Origin: an uncultured Gammaproteobacteria bacterium
GTDB taxonomy: Bacteria > Patescibacteriota > Patescibacteriia > SBBC01 > CAIJZX01
Assembly (NCBI GenBank): GCA_964383765.1
Contig: CAYLHT010000001.1
Coordinates: 100,998-164,997 of the forward strand
DNA length: 64,000 bases
Reading direction: 5' to 3'
A program made the position numbers and the translations under genes. Positions 45,540 through 55,358 of this stretch are shown in pieces. The stretch's first letter is position 1. Each line of letters opens with the position of its first letter. Under the pieces are notes generated by a model, which was given only the letters and a program-made list of their open reading frames with translations, was not told where the DNA came from and searched no databases.

Positions 45540-47318
45540 TTACGGCAATCGGTACACCCGAATCGTCGTACCAATTATTATTTGCGCTTGATAGGCTTTG
45601 AGCCAATCAAATCGACCGCTGCCATCTTCCGCATCAACAATGCTGACGGCCACGTAGCCATGCGGCAGTCCTCGCGTTGCAAGTTGCTGGGTAGTTGGCA
45701 AAGTAGTTGGTTGGGGGAGGTACTTCGTGATATCACCACGGCCATAGTAATCAACCGCCACGGTGGTGGCCTCTTGTTGACGCAAATATTGACCCAATTG
45801 GTAAAGACTTTGACCCCAGTCAAAATTCGAATCGTTCAGAATCTTGTACCCATGCTGACTTCCTCCAGAGAAACCATTGAAATACGCCAGCTCGTTTGGA
45901 AAAGTTCGTAGTTGTGTACCAATCGCCAGAATCACCCATGCCACCAAGAAAATATTTCCCCACCTTTTCGATGTCCGGAGCAACCACGGTGCAAACCCCC
46001 CAGCGAGGATGAACATGAATGGATAAATCGCTAAAATATACCGCCAACCGAGATTCAGGTGCGAACCAAGACTAATCAAGAAAAAAACCAAGGGCGGAAC
46101 TCCATACATCAGCCACCTAACATCGATGTTTTGAAGCCACGCCGTGAATGTTCTCGAGGCTCGTCGAGCACGAGTGATGACAACCATGCCAGCGCTCACC
46201 ACGACCAGCCATCCAAGCAACGTCGCCGGAGGGGATTTGGTTGCGATGGCCACCGGGAAGTAATACCACCAGCCCAAATCACTGCGCTTGCCAAGCAAGA
46301 AGCTGGCTTGTCCGGCATCGGAATGTCCAATCACCGTCATCACCCCCCGAAAAAATTCATACCCGGGATATCGATGTAAGGTTAACTGAAAAACAAAATG
46401 ACCGAGCGGTTTTGACCGATTGCCGAGGTCACCGACGACCCAGCGTTCCAAGGGGCCGTAATTATTCAGCACACCTCGATCGAGCACGTTTTGACGTTGC
46501 TGGTACAACAACGTAATCCGTGGGTCATCAATCGGTCGATGGACATCAAAATTGTACAACGCCCAGGTCATGATTGCTCCCAGGCCAATGAACCATAGGG
46601 CGAACCTGCGGAGCGCGCGCCACTGTACGACAGGGTGACTTGGATCGCGCCATTTGAGCAGCAGCCACAGCCCACCCAGACCGACGGCCCACGGAAAAAA
46701 AGAAAATTTTGTCAGCATCGATACCCACAGCACGATACCAAACACGATGGCTCGGTCTCTTGATGGTTGTCGCCACCAGCGTTCGAAGCACAGCACCATC
46801 ACCAGTGCCATCAACCCAAACGCTAAATCAGTCGTGACGTACCGGCTGTGCGCGATGATGTTTGGATCAAAAGCGTATAACCCAAGTGCCACCAAGCCGC
46901 CAGCGGATCCGAAAAATCGTGTGGCGGTTCGCCAGATCAACCATCCGAGCACAAGGCTCAGGATCATGATCGGCAAGCGACCAAGGAACAAGAGTGTCTG
47001 CGGCGACAGCGTGTTCGAGTATAAAAATCTGTCGCCAAATACCCACTCATCGACCTGTTGCCAACTTGGGTCATTGATGGGAACAGTGGCCCGTGTGAAG
47101 AGCAGTGGCACGGCCGCCAACATTTTTACCAGCGGCGGATGTTCGGGATTAATCCGAAAATCACCAGTCCGCCAGTAACTCAGCCCGGCCGCGAGGTGAA
47201 TACCCTCGTCGTTGGTTTGTGACTCTTGCCGACTTGAAAGAATTTCCAGCGTGAACATGCTGGCCAACATTAGCCCGCCTATGATGAAAACCACTCGAGA
47301 TGATCGCTGAACAGTCAT
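45540..47318 (-). CDS. GT-C glycosyltransferase, family 39/83 (ArnT/PMT-like)
   Basis: 592 aa with more than 10 TM helices and the N-terminal loop motif DEG..L typical of PMT/ArnT enzymes. Confidence 0.7.
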   Translation of the reverse strand: MTVQRSSRVVFIIGGLMLASMFTLEILSSRQESQTNDEGIHLAAGLSYWRTGDFRINPEHPPLVKMLAAVPLLFTRATVPINDPSWQQVDEWVFGDRFLYSNTLSPQTLLFLGRLPIMILSLVLGWLIWRTATRFFGSAGGLVALGLYAFDPNIIAHSRYVTTDLAFGLMALVMVLCFERWWRQPSRDRAIVFGIVLWVSMLTKFSFFPWAVGLGGLWLLLKWRDPSHPVVQWRALRRFALWFIGLGAIMTWALYNFDVHRPIDDPRITLLYQQRQNVLDRGVLNNYGPLERWVVGDLGNRSKPLGHFVFQLTLHRYPGYEFFRGVMTVIGHSDAGQASFLLGKRSDLGWWYYFPVAIATKSPPATLLGWLVVVSAGMVVITRARRASRTFTAWLQNIDVRWLMYGVPPLVFFLISLGSHLNLGWRYILAIYPFMFILAGGFAPWLLRTSKRWGNIFLVAWVILAIGTQLRTFPNELAYFNGFSGGSQHGYKILNDSNFDWGQSLYQLGQYLRQQEATTVAVDYYGRGDITKYLPQPTTLPTTQQLATRGLPHGYVAVSIVDAEDGSGRFDWLKAYQAQIIIGTTIRVYRLP

Positions 47319-47906
47319 TTACACAGCCGCAAGTTTCTTGAGCACGAGTGGAATCTTCTTGAAATCGTACAACAGCGTCTGCCGCATGGATCCGTTGTAG
47401 AGCGCCGCTGCCGGATGATAGAGCGGTAAGACCACTCGGCCTTTGACTCGTTTCGGTTGTCCGTGGATCTGACTGATCCGAAAGTCAGGCGGAAAGAAAA
47501 TGCCCATCGAATGTCGACCGAGTGTGCAAATGAGCTTTGGATTGATCAGCTCAATTTGCTTCCACAAATACAGATCGGTGCAGGTGGTGATTTCTTCTGG
47601 TTCGGGATCGCGGTTTTGGGGCGGCCGGCACTTGACGACATTGGTGACGAAGACATCTGACCGCTGTTTGTGAATCGCCGCTAAGAGTTCGTCCAAAAAC
47701 TTGCCGGCCGCCCCCACAAACGGGTGCCCGGTCTGATCTTCTTTTTGCCCCGGTCCTTCGCCGATAAACAAAACTTCGGAGTGTGGGTCACCGTCGCCAG
47801 GTACAGCCGTCAAGCGGCCTTTCGCCAGAGGACAAGCAGTGCAATCATGAACCGCGGTTTCAATTTCGGCCAGCGAGGTTAGCGCTTCCGCCCGTGGGAC
47901 GGTCAT
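47319..47906 (-). CDS. Uracil-DNA glycosylase, family 4
   Basis: CTACPLAKGRLTAVPGDGDPHSEVLFIGEGPGQKED...GHPFVGAAGKFL. Confidence 0.85.
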   Translation of the reverse strand: MTVPRAEALTSLAEIETAVHDCTACPLAKGRLTAVPGDGDPHSEVLFIGEGPGQKEDQTGHPFVGAAGKFLDELLAAIHKQRSDVFVTNVVKCRPPQNRDPEPEEITTCTDLYLWKQIELINPKLICTLGRHSMGIFFPPDFRISQIHGQPKRVKGRVVLPLYHPAAALYNGSMRQTLLYDFKKIPLVLKKLAAV

Positions 47907-48799
47907 GGTCTGACGACGAAGAACAAACCAATCAGCATGATGACTGAAGCTGCCATCTTTTGACGCAGGCCGCGCTCATGAAACAGCCGCCCACTCAAGA
48001 CGACATCAATCAAGGTCGACAATCGTTTGACGGCTAAGACTAAACCAATCGCCATCAGTCCGGTGGCCCGGGTTTGGGTGACGTTCGACAATAAGTGTAC
48101 GCCCGCGGTCAAAGCAATTGCCCACATCAAGGTCCGGCTGCCGGGCCGTAAAATCTGAAGCGCGCTTGGTTTTCGAACAAAGATGATGATGGACAGGACA
48201 GCAATGGTCGGGAGTACATAGGCTAAATAGGTGGTCGAGCTGACCGTGGTGAGCACCGAACGGTCAACCACGCCGGACAACGCAAAAAAAATCATGGCCA
48301 AGAGCGCGTAGATTCCACCAGGCGTCCGCCATAAATTCTGAAACGGTTCAATTAGGCGTCCCAGGCGACTGTCGCGGGAGCCGGAGGCGGCGTGTCGATG
48401 AAACTCCAGGGTGTACGTTCCGATCACCATCAATCCCAACCCGAAGGCTTGGCCGCCGGACAACCGTTCTCCCAAGACCAGGAACGCGATGACTGATCCC
48501 AGGGCTGAATCTAAGGTCAGCACCGGCGAGACAATTGACAGGTCGAGCCGGCGCAAGGCCTTCGTCACAAAGAAAAAAGCAAATCCGGCCAGGCACCCGG
48601 TCAGCAGGAGCAGCCCGAGTTGTTGAGTCGTAACATTCCAATCGATGGCGTGTACGAAGAGTAGGAAGAGTCCGGTCTTGATCACGCTAAAGACCATAAA
48701 GTACTCGGTCGAATGTTCATTTTGCAAAGTTTTTTTCTGCAAAATGCCGACCAAAGCGATGGTCAAGGCGGTCAAGAGTGCGTATCCGTACCAGGGCAT
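47903..48799 (-). CDS. EamA/DMT family transporter
   Basis: 298 aa with 10 TM helices and duplicated EamA halves. Confidence 0.7.
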   Translation of the reverse strand: MPWYGYALLTALTIALVGILQKKTLQNEHSTEYFMVFSVIKTGLFLLFVHAIDWNVTTQQLGLLLLTGCLAGFAFFFVTKALRRLDLSIVSPVLTLDSALGSVIAFLVLGERLSGGQAFGLGLMVIGTYTLEFHRHAASGSRDSRLGRLIEPFQNLWRTPGGIYALLAMIFFALSGVVDRSVLTTVSSTTYLAYVLPTIAVLSIIIFVRKPSALQILRPGSRTLMWAIALTAGVHLLSNVTQTRATGLMAIGLVLAVKRLSTLIDVVLSGRLFHERGLRQKMAASVIMLIGLFFVVRP

Positions 48800-48802
48800 G
48801 GG

Positions 48803-49297
48803 TTAGAGTTTCAGATCAACGAATTCATGTCGAAGTTCAAGCACCTCGACCAGGGCAAAGCTCGGGTAGCCAAACATTCCCCCCGCCGTGCCGGGATTCA
48901 AGAGCCGGCAGGCACCTTTCATTTCCCAGCGTTTGAGGTGGCTGTGTCCATGGCAGACCAGATCAAATTCGCCGGTCGCGGCCATAGCCTCAGCCACCTC
49001 AGGGTAGTGAACGAAGCCAATCCGTGTGTCGGCCAGGTCGACGCCACCCCGATCTCCATGATGGGTGACATTCGTGAGCGTCTGCGCCACCTGTGTTTCT
49101 AAATCGCGATCGGCATTGTTGCCAAAGACAGTGTGTATTTGACCGGCGAATGTCTGCGAGATGCGTTGCAGCATGGACGGTGCCACCGTGTCTCCACAAT
49201 TGATGAGCACACGAATATTTCGGTCAGACAAAATCTTCACCATCAGGTCCCAGTCGGCGACATTGTCATGGAGGTCGGACATGACGGCGATAAACAT
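48803..49297 (-). CDS. Metallophosphoesterase, YfcE/MJ0936 family
   Basis: MSDLHDN...GDTV...GNND/GNNADRD...HGHSH motifs. Confidence 0.8.
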   Translation of the reverse strand: MFIAVMSDLHDNVADWDLMVKILSDRNIRVLINCGDTVAPSMLQRISQTFAGQIHTVFGNNADRDLETQVAQTLTNVTHHGDRGGVDLADTRIGFVHYPEVAEAMAATGEFDLVCHGHSHLKRWEMKGACRLLNPGTAGGMFGYPSFALVEVLELRHEFVDLKL

Positions 49298-49984
49298 TTA
49301 CAGCTGTCCTTTCGCCCAATTGTAGATAATCGCACCGTATTCGCGAATAACCGAACGGGTGTCCCAGAAATGTTCGGCGAAGGAGTTGGCTGGTACGAGG
49401 TTAAATGGCGCGGCGATACACCGGACATTCGCATGTTGCAATCGGAAAATCCGACACGCCCGCCAGGTGTGGTAGGGGCTGGTCACCACTAAGGCCGTAT
49501 GCCAGTCATGCTGGTCCATAATCGCCAGCGAGTTCTTGGCGTTTTCAAAGGTGTCCTTTGAGTAGCCTTCGGGCGTAATTTTGGTGACCGGGAACCCCAA
49601 GGTTTGGGCGTAGGCCAACATTTCCGTAGCCTCAACCTCGTTGGTCTTTTGATCAAGTCCACCGGACATAATGATGTCCGGAGCCCAGACCTGATCGTAG
49701 AGTTGGATACCTTTGACGACGCGTTGCTGAGCTTGGGGCGGTAAGTGCGGTACGGTCTTGCGTGTTCCAGAACCAAGCACGATAATCACGTCCGATTTGA
49801 CCGGCGCTTCATCATGCGTCAACGGCCAGGCTAGCGCGTCACGGATCCAGGTGGTGGCGCCGGCTAGGACCACCAGTCCAGCCAGCAAGCCGATTACCAC
49901 CAGCCACCGGCCCAAGCGCCAGCGCCGGACTAACCGCGTAGTTTCTTCAGAATTTTGATATCCTGGCTGTACGTCTGGTCCCAT
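49298..49984 (-). CDS. DUF218 (YdcF/SanA/ElyC-like) domain protein
   Basis: An N-terminal TM helix and the DUF218 pattern DVIIVLGSG...IIMSGG. Confidence 0.65.
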   Translation of the reverse strand: MGPDVQPGYQNSEETTRLVRRWRLGRWLVVIGLLAGLVVLAGATTWIRDALAWPLTHDEAPVKSDVIIVLGSGTRKTVPHLPPQAQQRVVKGIQLYDQVWAPDIIMSGGLDQKTNEVEATEMLAYAQTLGFPVTKITPEGYSKDTFENAKNSLAIMDQHDWHTALVVTSPYHTWRACRIFRLQHANVRCIAAPFNLVPANSFAEHFWDTRSVIREYGAIIYNWAKGQL

Positions 49985-50775
49985 GGAGTTTCGATAATAA
50001 CATCAATTGATGTGAGTTTTGGGTGGCGCATCAGGGTGGTAAATCCAGCTAGGCCGATTTCGCCTTGGCCGATATGTTCATGCCGATCGCGGTGATCGCC
50101 GAGGCCGAACTTCGAATCATTGCCGTGTAGCAATTTCAGGCGCTTTAGTCCGACCACCTGATCGAACTTTTTCAGGGTGGCATTCACCTCGGCCGGTGTT
50201 CGCAAATCATAACCGGCGGCAAATACATGACAAGCATCTAAACAAATATTAACTTTATTTTTATACTTGGCGGCGCCTTCAATTTTTTTCAGCAATTCTC
50301 CCAATTGCTCAAACGTCCCGCCGACTTGATCGCCCGCGCCGGCCGAACCTTCTAACAACAACTGCGTCGTACCCTTGTAGCCATCCAACACGCGCTGAAT
50401 TCCGCGCCAGGTTTTATGGAAACCGAGTTTTGGTCCGGCGTCTTTCGTTGAACCGAGGTGCGTCACGACGTAAGAAGCGCCCAGTAAGGTTCCGCGCTCA
50501 AGTTCATCTCGTATGACTGAAATTGATCCGTAGCGAATCCGCGGCGTGGTTGAAGCATAGTTAATGTAATATGGCGCATGAATTACAAATTCCGAAAACT
50601 TTAACCGCTTCATCTCGGATTTGAATTGTGCGACAACCTCAGTCGTTAATTTAGGCGCCGGGCCGCCTTGGGGGGATCGTGAAAAAACTTGGAACGTTTC
50701 ACAGCCAAGCTTCGCCGCATTCGCCGGGGCATTGAAGATCCCGCCGGCCGCGGAAACATGGGCGCCGATTTTCAT
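49930..50775 (-). CDS. nfo: Endonuclease IV (AP endonuclease family 2)
   Basis: 281 aa with MKIGAHVSAAGG...FQVF...HAPYYIN...HLG and the metal ligand pattern. Confidence 0.9.
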   Translation of the reverse strand: MKIGAHVSAAGGIFNAPANAAKLGCETFQVFSRSPQGGPAPKLTTEVVAQFKSEMKRLKFSEFVIHAPYYINYASTTPRIRYGSISVIRDELERGTLLGASYVVTHLGSTKDAGPKLGFHKTWRGIQRVLDGYKGTTQLLLEGSAGAGDQVGGTFEQLGELLKKIEGAAKYKNKVNICLDACHVFAAGYDLRTPAEVNATLKKFDQVVGLKRLKLLHGNDSKFGLGDHRDRHEHIGQGEIGLAGFTTLMRHPKLTSIDVIIETPWDQTYSQDIKILKKLRG

Positions 50776-50809
50776 TCGGCTATTTTAGCACACTTAACAA
50801 CCCCCGTCT

Positions 50810-52099
50810 TTAGCTCCGCGATGCAAAATCTTTCAACTTCTGCACCACTTTCCGATTGATAATCAAACTCCGGACATAGTCGCGGTAGTCGTCGCTGTCA
50901 ATCCGTTTCAGAATATCGGGCTGTCCTTGGTAGAGTTTCAGGGTCTGCTTCACTTCTGTTTCAATTTCACCCGGCTCAGCCTCAATCTTCTCTTGTTTGG
51001 CAACTTGCCGAATCAGTAACGCCGCTTTAACCCGCTGCTCGGCCTTGGGCCGGAAATCTTTCTTTAATTCATCGACAGTTTTTTTCAAACCCTTGAGGTA
51101 ATCCTCAAACTTAACGCCGCCTTGTTGCGTGACCTGATCTTCAAGCTCGTGCAGCATTTTTTCTACCTCATTGGTGACGAGTACCTCAGGCAGTTCTCCA
51201 AATTTCGATTTGGCAATCAAAGCATCAACGACTTCACGTTCATACGTGGCGTCGAGTTTTTCGGTAGCTTCGTCAAGCAGGTTTTTCTCGAGCTGGGCTC
51301 GCAATTCAGCCACGTTTTGAAATTTTCCCGCCCGCTGAGCGAATTCATCGTTCATGTCCGGAGTGGTGACGTTGAATACCGATTTCATCGTGACGGAAAA
51401 CTCGCCGTTTTTTCCGGCCACCTGTTGATTGTGGTAGTCTTTTGGAAATGGCAGTGAAAATGTCTTGCGCTCGTCTTTTTTCATCCCCACCAATTGATCT
51501 TCAAACCCCGGGATAAAGTTTTTTGAACCGAGTTTGATGGGGTGTTGTTTGCTTGATCCGCCCTCAACCAGTACCTGATCGATGTGCAGGTCAAAATCAA
51601 CCTCAACCTTGTCTCCCATCTGAGCCGCGCGATCAACTTGAGCCTCGGTCGCGAACATCTCGCGCAAGTCAGCAAGCGCTTTATCGGTTTCAGCTGGCGT
51701 CACCTTGGCGGTTGGTTTTTTTACCCGCAACTGCTGATACGCGCCAAGCGTAATCTCAGGCAAGACTGCGATTTCGGCCGTGAACACGAACGGGTTATCG
51801 GCCGCTAACTTTTGAATATGGACGTGCGGCGTGCCTATGGTTTGCAATTTGTGGTCCATTACTGCCTGGACAAAGCTTTTCCGAACGGCGAATTCAGCGG
51901 CGGCTTCCCAAACGACCGCGGCGCCGAGTTTTTGAATCACGATGCCGAGACTGGCCTTGCCCGGTCGGAAACCTTGGATTTTATATTCGGAGGACAACGA
52001 CTCTGCCGCTTTCTGCAGGTGTGGTTGCATCTCCTCGACTGACAATTCGATCGTCAGTTTTAGTTCTGATTTCGGCTGTGATTCAACAGTAACGTTCAT
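50810..52099 (-). CDS. tig: Trigger factor
   Basis: 429 aa with a ribosome-binding N-domain (GFRPGKAS), an FKBP-type PPIase and a C-terminal chaperone domain. Confidence 0.9.
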   Translation of the reverse strand: MNVTVESQPKSELKLTIELSVEEMQPHLQKAAESLSSEYKIQGFRPGKASLGIVIQKLGAAVVWEAAAEFAVRKSFVQAVMDHKLQTIGTPHVHIQKLAADNPFVFTAEIAVLPEITLGAYQQLRVKKPTAKVTPAETDKALADLREMFATEAQVDRAAQMGDKVEVDFDLHIDQVLVEGGSSKQHPIKLGSKNFIPGFEDQLVGMKKDERKTFSLPFPKDYHNQQVAGKNGEFSVTMKSVFNVTTPDMNDEFAQRAGKFQNVAELRAQLEKNLLDEATEKLDATYEREVVDALIAKSKFGELPEVLVTNEVEKMLHELEDQVTQQGGVKFEDYLKGLKKTVDELKKDFRPKAEQRVKAALLIRQVAKQEKIEAEPGEIETEVKQTLKLYQGQPDILKRIDSDDYRDYVRSLIINRKVVQKLKDFASRS

Positions 52100-52177
52100 A
52101 GTACGTAAGATAACAAGACCGCCATGCTAACCTAGTCAACCGGGAATGTCAATTCAAGAAAAAGCCCTCACCTACCT

Positions 52178-52492
52178 TCAGTGAGGGTATCCATCATTGA
52201 CACATCGCACCCGACACCGCCAGCCGGTTGAGAGGCTCCCGTTCTTAGGGCGAAGCGTTCTCCAGCGTCCGGCAGTGTCAGCCCGTTGACCCAGCCATTC
52301 GATGGCTGGCTCAGCACCGGGAGGTTGAAGCACTACGTTCAGGGCCCGGTGACCACTCGCGACAAGTATGTCGTACTGTCGGCGACTATGCTCGAGCGCG
52401 AAGGTGACGTCGTCATAGGTGTGGAGAACCAGGTTCAGATGTTGGAGCCTGATGTTTCTGCTCTCGAGGAGTAGTTCGAGATCAATGATCAT
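52178..52492 (-). CDS. Hypothetical small protein B (tandem paralogue pair, downstream copy)
   Basis: GAAGGAG RBS 7 nt before the ATG. The N-terminus MIIDLELLLES is similar to the upstream copy MLIDVELHGAT. Confidence 0.4.
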   Translation of the reverse strand: MIIDLELLLESRNIRLQHLNLVLHTYDDVTFALEHSRRQYDILVASGHRALNVVLQPPGAEPAIEWLGQRADTAGRWRTLRPKNGSLSTGWRCRVRCVNDGYPH

Positions 52493-52502
52493 CCAATCTC
52501 CT

Positions 52503-52799
52503 TCAGGCCGAACGCAGTCGTAGTCGGCAGTTCCAGCGTCTCCGCGTGCGGCTCCAGGGCGATTCTAACCATCGCCACTCTGAACTGAGCTGCACGAGGA
52601 GTTGGTACCAGCGAGTCGTCCGCTCAGCATCGTCGATCTCGGCTGCGGTCAAGACGAGCAATGGCGCCACCTTATTCATGCGCAGATCCAACTGATGGGG
52701 TGGGTCGCCGATGCGGTGGCTACGTTCCCCAGTGTCATCAACAACGACACTGTACAGGCGCAAGATCGTCGCGCCATGCAACTCTACGTCAATGAGCAT
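52503..52799 (-). CDS. Hypothetical small protein A (tandem paralogue pair, upstream copy)
   Basis: GAAGGAG RBS before the ATG, with a 10-nt gap to copy B. Confidence 0.4.
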   Translation of the reverse strand: MLIDVELHGATILRLYSVVVDDTGERSHRIGDPPHQLDLRMNKVAPLLVLTAAEIDDAERTTRWYQLLVQLSSEWRWLESPWSRTRRRWNCRLRLRSA

Positions 52800-52950
52800 T
52801 CAAACTCCTTCACGACCTCAGGGTGAACAACGGGGATGTCGATGCGGTCGATCGTAGAGAAAACCTAGGCCGTTTATCGCGCTATGTCAATACAAAGAAT
52901 CAAGCACGGTGGGCGGGCTGTGGAACTGACCTACCTCAGATACTCTGGAC

Positions 52951-53145
52951 TTAGGTTGACGATCGTCGCCGGAGTGGCGGCACTTTTTTACCCTCGCGCC
53001 GGGCTTGCGATAAGGCAATGGCGATTGCTTGTCGCCGACTGGTCACGATCGTGCCGCTCCGGCCGCTATGGAGCTTGCCGGCTTCGAACTCTTTCAGCAC
53101 CCGGTCAACTTTGCGCTGGGCGGCTGGACTGTAGCGTTGGGCCAT
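52951..53145 (-). CDS. Conserved small basic protein (KxxxxLxEFxxGxLxSG...SRxQAIAIALSxAR pattern)
   Basis: 64 aa with KVDRVLKEFEAGKLHSGRSGTIVTSRRQAIAIALSQARREGKK, resembling a widespread small-protein family of unknown function. Confidence 0.45.
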   Translation of the reverse strand: MAQRYSPAAQRKVDRVLKEFEAGKLHSGRSGTIVTSRRQAIAIALSQARREGKKVPPLRRRSST

Positions 53146-53179
53146 ATGTATACGATGACGCGCCCAACCTGTAACTCTG

Positions 53180-53581
53180 TCAACCGGGGCTGCCTGAAGA
53201 GAACACGGCGTGACCGACGAGCAGGATGACGAGCAGACTGAGCGCGCCGGCTAGCGCAACGAACCGGCGCGGGAAGAGTCGTGGCCACGGTCGGGATTGC
53301 CGAGCCAAGATTAGGAGTTCGATCCCAACGACAGTTAGGTAGACACCCAGGTTACGACAAAACACGAACAGGCTGCCGCTCTGTCCGGTATTGAGCCAGT
53401 GAATTAGTGATAATCCTGATCCAGTCAGTACTTGCCATACCAGCATCAAGGACAAACCCCTTGCCACAGTCGAAAAGCGTTGGAATTTCCGCTGCAGGAT
53501 AGTGACAACACCCAGAATCACAACCGCGCCCGTCAATCCAGCCCCGAGGAGATGGAGAATCAGCAGGAAGTTTGCAAACAT
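53180..53581 (-). CDS. Hypothetical 4-TM membrane protein (tandem paralogue 1)
   Basis: 133 aa with N-terminus MFANFLLILHLLGAGL. Confidence 0.45.
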   Translation of the reverse strand: MFANFLLILHLLGAGLTGAVVILGVVTILQRKFQRFSTVARGLSLMLVWQVLTGSGLSLIHWLNTGQSGSLFVFCRNLGVYLTVVGIELLILARQSRPWPRLFPRRFVALAGALSLLVILLVGHAVFSSGSPG

Positions 53582-54009
53582 TACTTTCCGGTTTCAACCA
53601 CGATAATCCCGAGAGCGGCAATCAGCAGAACCAAGAACGCCTGGATGAGCAACGAGTTGGGAAGACCGCGCGTCGGTGTTTGTCCGTTCGCTAACGCGAC
53701 GCCAGCTTGCTTGGCTTGCCGGCTAATGACGAGCGACGCGAGCGTTCCCTCAATCACCCATAAAATGATTTTCGTCCAGACGAGTGGGTTATGCCCAAGC
53801 TCATCCCACTCGGTTGCCATCATGATCGCGCCAGTAATGAACTGCGCGCCGGATGCGCCCATGCCCAACCGGGCCACGAAACTCAAGCGGTCCATCCCTA
53901 CTTTCGTGATCGGCGGTTTGATGACCGCCAGTACCGCTAAAACACAAATCCCGATTAGTAATCCGGCACCGAATAGATGCAAAATCATTAAAATAAGATG
54001 GATTGTCAT
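53581..54009 (-). CDS. Hypothetical 4-TM membrane protein (tandem paralogue 2)
   Basis: 142 aa with N-terminus [17 protein letters not shown], similar to the neighbour. Confidence 0.45.
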   Translation of the reverse strand: MTIHLILMILHLFGAGLLIGICVLAVLAVIKPPITKVGMDRLSFVARLGMGASGAQFITGAIMMATEWDELGHNPLVWTKIILWVIEGTLASLVISRQAKQAGVALANGQTPTRGLPNSLLIQAFLVLLIAALGIIVVETGK

Positions 54010-54335
54010 GGCGCTGTTTTTTGATTATTGAAATGATGTTCCCATTTACGTTCAATGTACACCCAGCGCCACCACACTCGCCCAACCAGGAATCCTCCGA
54101 TGACACCAACGACTGGCAACAGAATTTGCAACCACAGCGGCAGGGAACATGTGCCAAGAACGGTAGTCCATGTGATCGTGAGCCCATGCTTTTGTGCATA
54201 CGACAACCACCACAATTCAATCAAGACGTGTGCGCCGATGCTCAGCAGCAATCCCAATAGTGCCGACAACGCTAAATACGTCGGTCGCATCCAGGGAGAT
54301 ATTATTTGGGGGACGCGGAAGAACATTATTTCCAA
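54006..54335 (-). CDS. Hypothetical membrane protein
   Basis: 109 aa with 3 TM helices. Confidence 0.4.
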   Translation of the reverse strand: MEIMFFRVPQIISPWMRPTYLALSALLGLLLSIGAHVLIELWWLSYAQKHGLTITWTTVLGTCSLPLWLQILLPVVGVIGGFLVGRVWWRWVYIERKWEHHFNNQKTAP

Positions 54336-54784
54336 CGTTTACTATTCAGATTGATACGTACACCGTCAACAAAATTCTGAAGTGTTTGATGGGCCCGAAT
54401 CTCGATTTCTCCTGCTAGCCACGTCTCAGCTTTTTGCCAGCGGTAGTTCTTCAGCTCACTGGGGTCAAGTGTAACATGTTCGGTTTTCGCTTGACAGAGC
54501 ACATGGAAGAAGATGAGCTGAGCTTTGCGTTCGAAGGACGGGTCAAAAATGAGTTCACCGATGTTGACACTGTGCTGTGGTTCTACCTCAAGCCCGGTTT
54601 CTTCCTTGGCTTCACGCACTACCGCTTCAAAGATTGTTTCGCCGTACTCTACATGTCCGCCTGGCAGTAACCATTGATCACCCCATTTATGAGATTGGAT
54701 CAGTAATACTTCGCCCTGACCATTGACGATCAGGGGTGCGGCCACAACTTCAACCTGCCCGTCGTACTTTGATTTTTTATTCAT
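54326..54784 (-). CDS. NUDIX hydrolase
   Basis: Nudix box [26 protein letters not shown]. Confidence 0.8.
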   Translation of the reverse strand: MNKKSKYDGQVEVVAAPLIVNGQGEVLLIQSHKWGDQWLLPGGHVEYGETIFEAVVREAKEETGLEVEPQHSVNIGELIFDPSFERKAQLIFFHVLCQAKTEHVTLDPSELKNYRWQKAETWLAGEIEIRAHQTLQNFVDGVRINLNSKRWK

Positions 54785-55358
54785 TGCCTTCCTGGCTATT
54801 ATGGGGCTGGCGCAAAGTTCCGAGTAAAGACTTAATCATCTTTCTCAACACAGCCACCTGGCTTGGTTCAAGATTCGGTAGTTCAACCTGTTCTAGACGT
54901 TCATGAATTTCACCAATATTTTCGGCTGTCATACTCTCAAATGGGAGTACCTCGCGAACCGTTTCAAGTAACAATGACTTCACCTCTTCCGGAACTTCAT
55001 CAGCGAATTCCTTAATTTCTTCCTCAGCGATCACCGGAATACCTTTTAACCTTGCGTAAGCCATTTCGGTGGCGACGCTCTGTCCGACTCGCCCGTCGAG
55101 ATCGGCGATGTAATGAAAGCTCGCGTTGCGGATGTCGCGGAGAAAATTCTTCTCATGTTCCACCCGGGCCTGGCTTGGATCATCAGTCAGCAACACAACA
55201 AAGGCAGCTTCGCTATCTCTAGCGAGTGCCGATTTGGGGGCACGTACAGTAATCCCTACTCGTTCGAAATGTTCTCGTATCTGCCCAATATGCTCCAGGT
55301 ATTTTTCTTTGAAACTCCCTGAAATAACCGTTTCGGGATTACTACCCCTTTTAATCAT
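54777..55358 (-). CDS. Nucleoside 2-deoxyribosyltransferase-like (Rossmann) protein, tentative
   Basis: [28 protein letters not shown] resembles the NDT-family ...DsGTafEiGyA..gkPv motif. Confidence 0.35.
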   Translation of the reverse strand: MIKRGSNPETVISGSFKEKYLEHIGQIREHFERVGITVRAPKSALARDSEAAFVVLLTDDPSQARVEHEKNFLRDIRNASFHYIADLDGRVGQSVATEMAYARLKGIPVIAEEEIKEFADEVPEEVKSLLLETVREVLPFESMTAENIGEIHERLEQVELPNLEPSQVAVLRKMIKSLLGTLRQPHNSQEGNE

